Positions 10,470 to 20,335 of a stretch of 61,041 bases of DNA are shown in pieces (the stretch's first letter is position 1; every line of letters begins with the position of its first letter). The notes below the pieces were generated by a model that did not search any database, was not told the DNA's origin, and saw only the letters and a list, made by a program, of their open reading frames with translations. Where the stretch lies: NCBI GenBank assembly GCA_050245975.1, contig JBFWWW010000001.1, positions 1 to 61,041 on the forward strand, written 5' to 3'. A program made the position numbers and the translations under genes. Source of the stretch: Hyphomicrobiaceae bacterium (GTDB lineage: Bacteria > Pseudomonadota > Alphaproteobacteria > Rhizobiales > Hyphomicrobiaceae).

Positions 10470-11887
10470 ACGCCATGCCCGGTCTCATCAGCCAGGACCT
10501 CAATGTCGTGAATGTCGGGCTTGCGAGCTTCGGCGACGTCATTCGCGAACAGGGCGCGAAAGCCACCGATCTGCAATGGCAGCCGCCGGCGGGAGGCAAC
10601 CCAAAGGATGCGTGGAACCTGGCACTTCTGACTGGCGATCCGCGCGTCGCCGAGGCCAACACGGTGGCCTATGGCCGCTTCCTGGCGGCTCAGCCGGTGC
10701 TCGTCGGCGTCAAGACTGCCCGCGAGGCGCTGCCGGACATGAATGGCAAGATCATCCTGCATTCAGGGCCGCCCGTGACATGGGAGAATATGTGCGGGCC
10801 GCAGCAGGGCGCGGTGCTTGGCGCCGTGCTGTTCGAGGGCTGGGCCGGCGATCTCGACGAGGCCGGCCGTTTGATGGCATCCGGCAGTATCCGTCTGGAG
10901 CCGTGTCACCATCATAAGGCTGTGGGCCCGATGGCGGGCATCACCAGCCCGAGCATGCCGGTATGGGTCGTGCGCGACGCCACCTCCGGTGGCGAGGCCT
11001 ATTCGAACATGAACGAAGGTCTCGGCAAAGTATTGCGTTTCGGCGCCAACGGTCCGGACGTCATCGCCCGCCTGAAATGGATGGCCGCGACGATGGGGCC
11101 GACATTGGCCGTGATCGTCGAGGAAATGGGCGGCCTGGAGCTGAAGCCAATCATGGCCCAGGCGCTGCACATGGGCGATGAAGTCCACAACCGCAATGCG
11201 GCTGCGTCTTCGCTGCTGTTCCGAAAACTGACGACGACTGCGCTCGCCGCGAAGCGGCTCGACGCCAAAGCGGTTGCGGAAACGCTAACCTTCATCGCCG
11301 GCAACGATCACTTCTTTCTCAATCTTTCGATGGCCGCCTGCAAGACCATGCTGGACGCCGCCCACAATGTGCCGTGTTCGACGCTGGTCACGGCGATGGC
11401 GCGCAACGGCGTCGAGTTCGGCATCAAGATCTCCGGACTCGATCGCTGGTTCACCGCCGAGGCGCCGTTCATCGAAGGCCTGTTCTTTCCCGGCTATAGC
11501 CAGGCCGACGCCGCACGCGACCTCGGCGACAGCGCCATCACGGAGACGGCAGGCGTCGGCGGCTTCGCGATGGCGGCCGCGCCGGCCATCGTGCAGTTCG
11601 TCGGCGGCACGCCGCGGGATGCCCTCGCTAATACGCAGCGCATGCTGCACATCACGCTCGGCCAGAATGCGGCATTCACCCTGCCGGCCCTCGATTTCAC
11701 AGGCGCGCCGGCGGGTATCGATGCGCGTCTCGTTGCCGATACCGGCATTCAACCGGTCATCAATACCGGCATCGCCCATCGTCAGGCCGGCATTGGCCAG
11801 GTGGGTGCCGGACTGACCTATGCGCCCCTCGCCTGCTTTGCCCAGGCGGTATCGGCGCTGGCCGCGACCATGACCTTCGACATTTGA
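10466..11887 (+). CDS. DUF1116 (YlbE-like) protein
   Basis: 473-aa ORF with a GTGA overlap on the fdrA stop. Its position between fdrA and carbamate kinase matches the E. coli fdrA-ylbE-ylbF-ybcF block. Confidence 0.65.
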   Translation: MNAMPGLISQDLNVVNVGLASFGDVIREQGAKATDLQWQPPAGGNPKDAWNLALLTGDPRVAEANTVAYGRFLAAQPVLVGVKTAREALPDMNGKIILHSGPPVTWENMCGPQQGAVLGAVLFEGWAGDLDEAGRLMASGSIRLEPCHHHKAVGPMAGITSPSMPVWVVRDATSGGEAYSNMNEGLGKVLRFGANGPDVIARLKWMAATMGPTLAVIVEEMGGLELKPIMAQALHMGDEVHNRNAAASSLLFRKLTTTALAAKRLDAKAVAETLTFIAGNDHFFLNLSMAACKTMLDAAHNVPCSTLVTAMARNGVEFGIKISGLDRWFTAEAPFIEGLFFPGYSQADAARDLGDSAITETAGVGGFAMAAAPAIVQFVGGTPRDALANTQRMLHITLGQNAAFTLPALDFTGAPAGIDARLVADTGIQPVINTGIAHRQAGIGQVGAGLTYAPLACFAQAVSALAATMTFDI

Positions 11888-11897
11888 GGAGTGCATA

Positions 11898-12842
11898 ATG
11901 AACAAAGTCGCAGTGATCGCGGTCGGTGGCAATGCGTTGGCCTCCGAGGGGGGAGGTACCTCGATCCCCGATCAGGCACTGGCCGCTGCACGCACGGCGC
12001 AATACGTGGTCGATGTTGCTGCTGCCGGCTGGCAAGTGGTGCTGACCCACGGTAACGGCCCGCAGGTCGGCTACATCCTGCGCCGTTCCGAGATCGCTGC
12101 CGCCGAGGTGCCGGTGGTGCCGATGGATTATGCGACCGCCGATACCCAGGGAGCGATCGGCGTCATGTTCCAACGCGCCTTCATTAACGAGCTGAACCGG
12201 CGCGGATTGAAGAAGCCGGTCGCTACGGTCGTCACGCAGGTGCGAGTCGATCCCGCCGACAAGGCTTTCACCAACCCGACCAAACCAATCGGTTCGGTCA
12301 TGACCAAAGGCGTCGCCGACGCGCTGGCAGCGCGGAATGGCTGGTCGCTGGTGGAGGAGACCGGTCGCGGCTGGCGCCGTTGTGTCGCCTCACCGCAACC
12401 GCAGGAAGTGATCGAGGTCGAAACTGTCCGCGCCCTGCTGAGCAGCGGCCATATCGTTATCGCCTGTGGGGGAGGCGGCATACCGGTGGTGACTGATGCC
12501 GCCGGCCGTCTGTCGAGCCGCGAAGCGGTGATCGACAAGGATCTCGCCTCGTCACTGCTCGCCCGCCAGCTCGAGGCGGGGAAGCTTCTTATCGCCACGG
12601 CGGTGCCCCAGGTGGCAATCAATTTCGGCAAGCCGGACGTCAAGTGGCTTTCCCGCCTGCCTCTTGCCGAAGCTGCCCGCTATATGGACGAGGGGCACTT
12701 CGGCAAGGGTTCGATGGGCCCGAAAGTGGCAGCGGTCATGGAGTACGTCGCAGCCTGCGACGGCGAGGGGATCATCACCGACATTGAGAATATGGGTAAG
12801 GCTATCGTCGGCGAGGCTGGTACGCGCATCGTGCGCGGGTAG
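11898..12842 (+). CDS. arcC: carbamate kinase
   Basis: MNKVAVIAVGGNAL, VLTHGNGPQVG and ACGGGGIPV are canonical carbamate-kinase (amino acid kinase fold) motifs. Confidence 0.9.
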   Translation: MNKVAVIAVGGNALASEGGGTSIPDQALAAARTAQYVVDVAAAGWQVVLTHGNGPQVGYILRRSEIAAAEVPVVPMDYATADTQGAIGVMFQRAFINELNRRGLKKPVATVVTQVRVDPADKAFTNPTKPIGSVMTKGVADALAARNGWSLVEETGRGWRRCVASPQPQEVIEVETVRALLSSGHIVIACGGGGIPVVTDAAGRLSSREAVIDKDLASSLLARQLEAGKLLIATAVPQVAINFGKPDVKWLSRLPLAEAARYMDEGHFGKGSMGPKVAAVMEYVAACDGEGIITDIENMGKAIVGEAGTRIVRG

Positions 12843-12879
12843 AAGGGGGTGATGACGGCGGCGCGGCCGCGGGTTCGCC

Positions 12880-13095
12880 TCGCGTAACCACTATCCTGGC
12901 CGCCGGGACATGTCTGTATAGAGTGCTCGGCGCAACACCAAGCCGGCGCGCCACCTCGCCGATCGAAATGCGCGTGTCTCTCAGCATAGCACGCGCCACC
13001 AGACCGGCCGGTCCAGCTTCCACACCACGACGGTGCCGCCCTTCCGGGCGTACTTCAGCGCTGCCTTGAGCGAGGACGACCGAACGGTAGGCCCG
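12880..13095 (-). pseudogene. serine recombinase (resolvase/invertase) remnant
   Basis: Minus-strand fragments read LKAALKYARKGGTVVVWKLDRP and, in another frame, ISIGEVARRLGVAPSTLYRHV (C-terminal HTH). No catalytic N-terminus and no intact ORF. Confidence 0.6.
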
Positions 13096-13099
13096 CGCC

Positions 13100-13564
13100 T
13101 CAGACCGAAGGATATGCATCAAGCGAGCGCCGCAATGCGGCGACGTCCTCCAGCATCCGCGCCATCTGCTTGTCCTTGAGACCCGTCGCCGATCGGACAC
13201 AGCAGATGATCTCAGCTGCCTTGGCCTGCAGACTGCGTCCCCTCGTCGTCAACTTGATCCCGACCTGGCGCTCATCGGCGCGATCGCGGCGACGGTCGAT
13301 GTAGCCTAGAGCCTCCAAGCGCTTCAACAAGGGCGTCAGCGTATTCGATTGCAGGAAAAGCTTTCGCCCCAGCTCGCCGACCGTCTGGTCGTCCTCAGCC
13401 CAAAGCAGGATCATGGCAATGAACTGAGGATAGGTCAGACCAAGCTTGACAAGGAGAGGTTGATAGACGCGGTTGAAGGCGTGATTTGCCGAGTAGATCG
13501 CGAAGCAAAGGAACTCGTCGAGCTTCAATGGGCTCTCCGCAATTTCTTGTTTTTCACGTGCCAT
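13100..13564 (-). CDS. ohrR: MarR-family regulator, OhrR-like
   Basis: LDEFLCFAIYSANHAF...LGLTYPQFIAMILLW...LQSNTLTPLLKRLEALGYIDRRR..DERQV matches the OhrR pattern, including the N-terminal sensing Cys. Start at ATG 13564 (MAREKQ). Confidence 0.7.
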   Translation of the reverse strand: MAREKQEIAESPLKLDEFLCFAIYSANHAFNRVYQPLLVKLGLTYPQFIAMILLWAEDDQTVGELGRKLFLQSNTLTPLLKRLEALGYIDRRRDRADERQVGIKLTTRGRSLQAKAAEIICCVRSATGLKDKQMARMLEDVAALRRSLDAYPSV

Positions 13565-13678
13565 GGAACTACTCCCGTCGCGCCTCGTTCTGAGATGTAT
13601 CGCACGCGATTTACTCGCAAGCAATGTTTGTGACGGCCGCAAGCTCAGAATGAGCGGCCTTCGGCAGAGGAACACGGC

Positions 13679-14782
13679 ATGTTCAAGCACCTTCGGCGCA
13701 CGACTGCGCCGCCCACGCCAACGCTTACTCGTCAATCGGATTCGATTTCGGGCAAAACAGCCCGCGGCACCGAACTTCCCTCCGCCGTCCCTCTCATGGC
13801 GCTTTCAACCGGCTTCTGGGCGTTCAAGACCCTGGCCGCAGCTCACGAGCTAGGCTTGTTTGATCACCTTGCGGATGGCGCCGGCACCACGGTCGCAGAG
13901 TTCGCGCAAGCGTCCCATCTGCATCCACGTCCGGCCGAGATGCTGTTGACCGGCTGCGCTGCACTTGGGCTCCTGGCGAAAACGGACGGTCGCTATCGCA
14001 ACACGCCCTTGAGCGAGGCCTATCTGGTGCGCGGCAAGCCTTATTACTTCGGTGGCTTCGTGCAAATGGCCGACAAGCGGCTCTACGCGGGCTGGGACAA
14101 GCTTGCCGAAGCGCTGCGCACGAACCGGCCGACCACGTGGGACCCGGAGGTACAGTCCTCGATGTTCGACGGCGAGGATCCGATAGTGCTGGCGCTGTTC
14201 TGGGAAGCGATGCATTCGCTCTCCACCATGACGTCGCGGAAGCTCGGCGAAACTCTAGATCTCGGACATTCCCACCGCCTTCTGGACATCGGCGGCGGAT
14301 CGGGCGCGTACGACATCGAGCTTTGCAAACAATATGAGGGGCTGCGTGCGACGGTGTTTGACCTGCCGCATGTGGCTGAGATCGCCGCGGGAAAGATCGC
14401 CGAGGCGGGCTTGAGCGACCGGATTGAGACGATAGGAGGCAGCTTCTTCGAGCAGCTTCCGAAGGATCACGAGGTGCATCTCCTGTCGATGATCCTGCAC
14501 GATTGGGACGAGCCGAGGAACCGCGCCCTGCTGCGCCGCTCCTTCGAGGCTTTGCCGAGCGGCGGCGCAATCGTCATCAGCGAGCTTCTCGTCAATGACG
14601 AGAAGACCGGACCGGCGCCGGCTGCTCTGATGAGCCTCAACATGCTGATCGAGACGGAAGGGAGAAATTATACGCCCGGCGAGTACTCGTCGTGGCTCGA
14701 GGAAGCTGGATTCCGGCACATCGAGACGGTCTGGTTCGATGCGCCCGCCGCGAATGGCGCTGTGATCGGCCACAAGCCGTAA
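13679..14782 (+). CDS. class I SAM-dependent O-methyltransferase (dimerisation domain plus Methyltransf_2-like)
   Basis: LLDIGGGSGAY (SAM motif I), then VFDLPHV and ILHDWDE, typical of O-methyltransferases. The N-terminal start is uncertain. Confidence 0.75.
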   Translation: MFKHLRRTTAPPTPTLTRQSDSISGKTARGTELPSAVPLMALSTGFWAFKTLAAAHELGLFDHLADGAGTTVAEFAQASHLHPRPAEMLLTGCAALGLLAKTDGRYRNTPLSEAYLVRGKPYYFGGFVQMADKRLYAGWDKLAEALRTNRPTTWDPEVQSSMFDGEDPIVLALFWEAMHSLSTMTSRKLGETLDLGHSHRLLDIGGGSGAYDIELCKQYEGLRATVFDLPHVAEIAAGKIAEAGLSDRIETIGGSFFEQLPKDHEVHLLSMILHDWDEPRNRALLRRSFEALPSGGAIVISELLVNDEKTGPAPAALMSLNMLIETEGRNYTPGEYSSWLEEAGFRHIETVWFDAPAANGAVIGHKP

Positions 14783-15029
14783 AGCGCAAGGTCGCAGGCG
14801 ACGACATGGACCGGCTTCACTGACGTCGGAGCATGTTCCTATTCCATGGTCTGTCTCCTTTCAAGAGAGACAGACGAACATGCGCCGCTTCAGAACCCAC
14901 GGCCTGAGCCGATGACCAATTTCGGATCAAATCTTCCATGACTCGGTTGCCAGTCAACACGATTGATCCACAATGTCCCTCAGCAGGTGCAGCATGTATG
15001 AGGCCGATGTCTTCGCGGATGAGCCGGGA

Positions 15030-16341
15030 TCAGGCTGACCCATCGGCAAGCGCGGCCTCGACCCACGCTGCGATCTCCAGAAGATGGCGGTCCGCGTTTC
15101 TGCGGCCAATCAGCATCAGGCCAACGGGCAAGCCGGAAACCGGAACGGGCAGCGACACCGACGGACAGTCCAGCAGGTTCGCGATGCGCGGATTGCGCAG
15201 GACCAGACCGTTGGCTGCGTGAAACGCGTCGCTGCCGTCCACCGATGCCAGCATTGGCGCGCGGATCGGCGTTGTCGGCAGCACGAATACCTCGTTCGGC
15301 GCCACCGCGTTCGCGAATGACTGAATGGCTGCTTCGCGCAGCCTCGTCATACGGACATAGTCGACAGCCAGGGCCCCTGCGCCAGCCTCGATGCGCACGC
15401 GCGTTTTAGGATCGACCCCGTCAAGCGCGGCAATGCCAAGGCTGCGCAGGGTGGCACCGACCTCGATGGACGGGAATGTCCCGATGCGGTCGATCGCGGC
15501 CAACTCGTCCAAAGACGCGTCCATCGAGCCGTCGACAACGTCCGCCCCCGCGGCGTGGAGCGAGGCGATTTGCAGCCTCGAAAGCCATCAGGACGGCCTG
15601 CTCGGCGCGCTCGAAAAGGCGCCCTCGCGCCACAACGAGACGGAACGTCCCGGGCGCTGCGGGCGAGATTGCCGCCGCCGGCTCTCCCGCGAGGATTTGG
15701 TCCGCCAGCCCGCAGTCGGCGACGCTGGATGCGATGGGCCCGATCGTGTCGAGGCTCGACGACAGGGAGAACGCGCCCCTGGTCGGCACGCGTCCGCTGG
15801 TCGGTTTGAAGCCGACGGCGCCCGATAGCGCGGCCGGAATGCGGATCGATCCGCCCGTGTCACTGCCGATCGCAATTTCGGCCATGCCATCAATGACCGA
15901 CACGACCGCGCCCGAGGACGACCCTCCCGGCGCGCGGGCGCGATCCCTGGGATTGCCCGGCACACCATCATGCGGGTTGGTGCCGAGCGCGGAGAACGCA
16001 AACTCAGTCATCTGCGTCTTTCCGATGATGACGGCGCCAGCCGCCCGCAGACGTTGCACGGCCAAAGCGTCCTCGACGGCAGTCGGCTGGCTCCGCAGGA
16101 TCGCGGACCCCGCATGCGTGACTTCGCCGGCGACATCAAACAGCGCCTTGATCGAAACGATACGTCCGTCGAGCCGCCCGATGGCGCGACCGTGAGCCAG
16201 GCGCGCGTCGGCCGCGGCCGCTTCGCGCCTCGCACTGTCCGCGAACACATGAGTGAACGCCTTCCCCCCTTCGAGATCGGGAGACGCGATGCGGCCAAGC
16301 GCCATCTCCAGCCGCTCGGATGCAGGACGCTGCGTGGTCAT
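15030..16341 (-). pseudogene. amidase-signature (AS) family amidase, frameshifted
   Basis: The N-terminal part (ORF 15421..16428, start ATG 16341 MTTQRP) contains GGSSSGAVVSV and IGSDTGGSIRIPAA. The C-terminal part continues in another frame (ORF 15030..15524). The reading frame switches near 15570..15600. Confidence 0.8.
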
Positions 16342-16372
16342 ATGGGCCGCTCCTCGTGCACATGATCGATCG

Positions 16373-17056
16373 TCAGGATACGACCGGAAGGATATCGATG
16401 CCGTAAGCGTGTTCCAGGCTGCGGCCAAGGATCGGATCCACGATCTCCATTTCGAAGCGGCTGCCGGGCCGGATACCGCCGATGGCGCCTGGCGTGCCGC
16501 AGAACATCAGCGTGCCGGGCTCCAACATGCCTGCTCCGGTGTATCGATCGATCAGGTCACGCGGCGTGCGCAGCGCCGAGATCGGGCTGTCCTGATACAG
16601 CACCCGATTGCCGTCGATGGTCGTCCAAGCGCGAATCCTCAGCTCGTCCCAGTGTTTCTCGACATCGGCATAGCGCCACAGCGTCGCCCCCACCGGCTTG
16701 CCGCAAAGCTGTTTCGAGAGTGCGATGCCCTGCGCCTCGGCCTTGCGGTCGGTGTGGTCAGAGCCGATGCCGATCCAAAGCCCGTCGGCCATCGCCACGA
16801 CGATCGGCTCGACCTCGCCGGAACTGTCGGGGCCGAGGACGGTCAGGCGTTCGGCCTGGGTCAGCGTCTGCGCGGCGACGCGATAGTAGAGCGGTGTCGT
16901 GGACGGCCGGGGTATGCCGAGCGCGGCGAGCTCCTCAATGTGATGCTCGATAGCCTCCACGTTGCGGCCCGCCCACCCGGCAATGACCAGCCGGTCAACA
17001 TGTACGCCGACATGGTCCTCGCCGGCCGTTGCTATGCGATGGAAGTGCAGGAGCAT
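16373..17056 (-). CDS. DUF2848-family protein
   Basis: 227 aa. VIAGWAGRNVEAIEHHIEELAALGIPRPS matches my recollection of the DUF2848 N-terminal pattern. Lies between the ABC ATPase and the amidase. Confidence 0.55.
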   Translation of the reverse strand: MLLHFHRIATAGEDHVGVHVDRLVIAGWAGRNVEAIEHHIEELAALGIPRPSTTPLYYRVAAQTLTQAERLTVLGPDSSGEVEPIVVAMADGLWIGIGSDHTDRKAEAQGIALSKQLCGKPVGATLWRYADVEKHWDELRIRAWTTIDGNRVLYQDSPISALRTPRDLIDRYTGAGMLEPGTLMFCGTPGAIGGIRPGSRFEMEIVDPILGRSLEHAYGIDILPVVS

Positions 17057-17068
17057 CGTTGTTCCTCC

Positions 17069-17737
17069 TCAATGGGTCCGGCTGGAGACGATTTCGCCGC
17101 GCTCGATCTGGAGAGTCCTGTCAGCAATCTCGTCGAGCAGCTTGGGGCTGGATTCGGTGATCAGCAGCATCAGCTCCGGCCGGCGCCGGCGCAACTCGCC
17201 AAGCGTGCGCGCGTAGTCGAGCGCCAGCGCCGGTGCGAGCCCCTGAAAGGGTTCGTCGAGCAGCAGCACCTTTTGCGCGACCATCAGGGCCCTGCCGAGC
17301 GCGATCATCTTTCCCTGACCGCCGGAGACGCCTCCGCCCGGCCGTGCGCGCATGGCGTGCAGTTGCGGCAGCAGCGCGTAGACCTCGTCCAGCCGGCGCC
17401 GCATCTCGCCCGCATCCAGGCCGAGCGCCAGCGCCGGAAGGCGCACATTGTCCTCGACACTGAAATCCGCGACCAGACGGCGATCCTCCGGCGCATAGCC
17501 GATGCCGGCGCGGGCGCGATGATGTGCGGGGTGCTGGCGGAGATCATCGCCCCCCAGCTTCACGGAACCCTGGTCGATGCGGACCAATCCCATGACGGCA
17601 CGCAATGTCGTGGTCTTGCCGGCGCCGTTGCGGCCGATCAGCACCGTCGTCATACGGTCGGCCAAGTCGCAGGTGACGCCGCGCAGAACCCGGACGCCGT
17701 CGATCGATACCTGGACATCCTGCAGGGCGAGCATCAC
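17069..17737 (-). CDS. branched-chain-amino-acid-type ABC transporter ATP-binding protein (LivF-like)
   Basis: Walker A GRNGAGKTT, signature VSGGQGKM, Walker B LLLDEP. Confidence 0.85.
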   Translation of the reverse strand: MMLALQDVQVSIDGVRVLRGVTCDLADRMTTVLIGRNGAGKTTTLRAVMGLVRIDQGSVKLGGDDLRQHPAHHRARAGIGYAPEDRRLVADFSVEDNVRLPALALGLDAGEMRRRLDEVYALLPQLHAMRARPGGGVSGGQGKMIALGRALMVAQKVLLLDEPFQGLAPALALDYARTLGELRRRRPELMLLITESSPKLLDEIADRTLQIERGEIVSSRTH

Positions 17738-18480
17738 GCCACTCCCACCACCGACCGCCGCACCTCTGGATCCTCAAGGACCTTGTCCGGTGGACCCTCA
17801 GCCATGATGGTTCCAGAGTTCCAGACCAGCACGCGCATTGCATAGCGGGCCACCACGTCCATGTCGTGCTCCACGAACAGCGCCGTCATCTTGCGTTGCC
17901 GCAGAGCACCCATCAGCGCCTCCATCAGAGGAAAGCGCTCCAGCGCACTGACGCCGCTGGTGGGTTCGTCGAGCAGCAGTAGCCGCGGCTTCAGAGCCAG
18001 CGCGACGGCGATGTCGAGCAGTTTGCGATGGCCCTCGGGCAGCGTGCTGCTGATGCGGTTGCCATCGTCCCCGAGACCGAACAGCGCGAGCAGCGCAAGC
18101 GCCTCCTGCCTACGGTCGACCCGATCGAGCGGGCGCACCATCGTCCACAGGCCGTCATTGGCGGCCAGAGCGAGCATCATGTTGTCGATGACCCGCTGAT
18201 CGGAGAACAGCTGCGGAATCTGGAACGCCCGGGCCACGCCCCTTTGCGTGATGGCGCGCGGCGAGAGGCGGGTGATGTCCTGCCCGTCGAGAAGGACGTT
18301 CCCGGAGCTGGGCTTCACATAGCCCGTGCACAGGTTGAGTAATGTCGTCTTGCCCGATCCATTGGGGCCGATCACCGCGAGAAATTCACCTTCGTCGATG
18401 GCGAGACTGACGCCGTCGGCAGCCTTGACGCCGTTGAAGGCGACGCGAAGGTCCTTCGCCTCCAAGATGGATTTGCTCAT
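17734..18480 (-). CDS. branched-chain-amino-acid-type ABC transporter ATP-binding protein (LivG-like)
   Basis: Start ATG 18480 (MSKSILEAKDLRV). Walker A GPNGSGKTT, Walker B LLLLDEPTSG. ATGA overlaps with both neighbouring genes. Confidence 0.85.
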   Translation of the reverse strand: MSKSILEAKDLRVAFNGVKAADGVSLAIDEGEFLAVIGPNGSGKTTLLNLCTGYVKPSSGNVLLDGQDITRLSPRAITQRGVARAFQIPQLFSDQRVIDNMMLALAANDGLWTMVRPLDRVDRRQEALALLALFGLGDDGNRISSTLPEGHRKLLDIAVALALKPRLLLLDEPTSGVSALERFPLMEALMGALRQRKMTALFVEHDMDVVARYAMRVLVWNSGTIMAEGPPDKVLEDPEVRRSVVGVA

Positions 18481-19403
18481 TCGACGGCCACCTTCTTGCG
18501 CGTCACGAGACCGTAGAGTCCTTGAGGCAGGAACACGATGACGAGGATCAGCGCCGCGCCGACGATCAGGTTCCAGGCATCCGTCACCGTGACCGCGAGC
18601 GTGTGCAGCAGCTCCAGGAACAATGCGCTGATGAAGGCGCCGGGAACACCGCCGATGCCACCCAGCACCGCGACGAGGACGAGGTGGCCCGAGGCGGTCC
18701 AGAAGGCGAACTCCGGCACCACGCGGCCGATCGCGAAACTCGTCAACACGCCACCGAGGCCGGCCAGCGCCGCCGAGACCACGTAGGCGACGAGAAGCAC
18801 GGCCCAAACCGGTACGCCGAGATACTCAAGCCGAACCTCGTTGGTGTGCACGGCCGACAAGGCATGCCCGAGCGGGCTGTCCAGATAGCGGTGCACCGCC
18901 AGCCCGACGACGATCATGAGCACGACGCTCAAATAGAACAGCACAGTCTTGAATGCGACCTCGTGCATCTGGATGCCGAAGACCGACGGGATGGGGACCG
19001 GCATTCCGTCCGTGCCGCCCGTGATGCCGTAAAGCTTGGACAGCAGCGCATAGAAGACCATCGAAGCCGCGAGATTGAGCATCGCAAAGAAGATCGCGCG
19101 GTAGCGGACCATGAACGCACCGACGATCGCGCCTAACACCGCGGCAAGCGCTACCGAGAGCACGACCAGCGAGGCAAAGTCGGCGATGCCGGCCCGCGCG
19201 AGAAAAGCAATGCCGTAGGCGCTCGCCGCGACGAACATGGCGTGCCCGATGGAGATCAGCCCGGCGCGCAGAAGGACGGCGACCCCCAGCGCCGCAAAGC
19301 CTTTCGCGATCGCAACCGTAAGCACGAACTGCAGCCAGGGGGCCGCCAGCGGGAGCGCCACGAGCACGGCGACAGCGATGGCGAGAATTATGATGCGTGT
19401 CAT
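18477..19403 (-). CDS. branched-chain-amino-acid-type ABC transporter permease (LivM-like)
   Basis: 308-aa polytopic membrane ORF translationally coupled to the LivH-like and LivG-like genes. Confidence 0.8.
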   Translation of the reverse strand: MTRIIILAIAVAVLVALPLAAPWLQFVLTVAIAKGFAALGVAVLLRAGLISIGHAMFVAASAYGIAFLARAGIADFASLVVLSVALAAVLGAIVGAFMVRYRAIFFAMLNLAASMVFYALLSKLYGITGGTDGMPVPIPSVFGIQMHEVAFKTVLFYLSVVLMIVVGLAVHRYLDSPLGHALSAVHTNEVRLEYLGVPVWAVLLVAYVVSAALAGLGGVLTSFAIGRVVPEFAFWTASGHLVLVAVLGGIGGVPGAFISALFLELLHTLAVTVTDAWNLIVGAALILVIVFLPQGLYGLVTRKKVAVE

Positions 19404-20299
19404 ATGCGCCTCGCCTGAACCGAGCCGAACAGTCCGTAGGGGCGGATCAGCAAAACCAGCAGCATCGCCGCATAGGGAGCGACTGCGTCAAACGCCGGGA
19501 AGAAGTAGATCGCCAGAACACGCGCTGCGCCGACGATCAGCGCCGCGAGCGCCGCCCCTTCGATCTGGCCGAGACCACCGATGGCGGCCACCGCGAAGGC
19601 GAGAACCATGATGTCGGCCCCGAGGCCCGGCGCCACGCCGGATGTCGGCGTGGCAAGTGCCCCGCCTAGTGCTGCGAGAAAGACGCCGAGCGAGAAGGCG
19701 AGCACGAAGATGCGGTTGGTGTCGATGCCCACCGACTGGGCCATCTCGCGGTCGGCCACGACGGCCGTGATCAGCATGCCAAGGCGGGTTCGCTTGATGA
19801 GCAGCCTGAGGCCGATCAGCACCGCCATTGCCAGCGCGATGAGGACAATCTGGTAATTCAGGTAGGTGATGCCGCCGACCTGCGACGTGCCGAGCAGGCG
19901 CATCGGGGTGTCCTCGTAAAGAGACTGCACTCCGAACACCATGCGTTGCACGTCCTCCAGCACCAGGAACAGGCCGAAGGTGACCAGGATCTGGATCGCC
20001 TCCGATTTTCCATAGGTCCAACGCACCAGGGTGCGTTCTATCAGCGGCCCGAGAACGGCGGCGACCAGCACTGCAGCGAGGAAGAGCGACACGAAGGACA
20101 GATAGGGGTTCAACCCCCAGCTCGCGATGAGCAGCCCGGTGGACGCCGCGACATAGGCTCCTATAGAATAGAAGCTACCGTGCGCGACGTTGAGAACACG
20201 CAGGACGCTGAACACCAGGGTTAGCCCCACCGCCGCGAAGAAGATCAAAGCGGCATTGGCAAGGCTATCCACCAGGAGCGGCACGATCGCTGAGATCAT
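19400..20299 (-). CDS. branched-chain-amino-acid-type ABC transporter permease (LivH-like)
   Basis: 299-aa polytopic membrane ORF immediately downstream of the substrate-binding-protein remnant. Confidence 0.8.
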   Translation of the reverse strand: MISAIVPLLVDSLANAALIFFAAVGLTLVFSVLRVLNVAHGSFYSIGAYVAASTGLLIASWGLNPYLSFVSLFLAAVLVAAVLGPLIERTLVRWTYGKSEAIQILVTFGLFLVLEDVQRMVFGVQSLYEDTPMRLLGTSQVGGITYLNYQIVLIALAMAVLIGLRLLIKRTRLGMLITAVVADREMAQSVGIDTNRIFVLAFSLGVFLAALGGALATPTSGVAPGLGADIMVLAFAVAAIGGLGQIEGAALAALIVGAARVLAIYFFPAFDAVAPYAAMLLVLLIRPYGLFGSVQARRI

Positions 20300-20335
20300 G
20301 TGACCCTCGGTCGCTCTTCGGAGGTGGCGCTCTGT

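Noticed and set aside
14849-14875. Hairpin GTCTGTCTC-N9-GAGACAGAC between the convergent O-methyltransferase and amidase genes, considered as a terminator
   Set aside because: There is no U-tract on either strand, so it is not a canonical intrinsic terminator. It is recorded only as a structure.
16253-17845. 530-aa plus-strand ORF
   Set aside because: It is antisense to the DUF2848 and LivF-like genes. It has low-complexity Arg/Ala/Asp composition, no motifs and no RBS.
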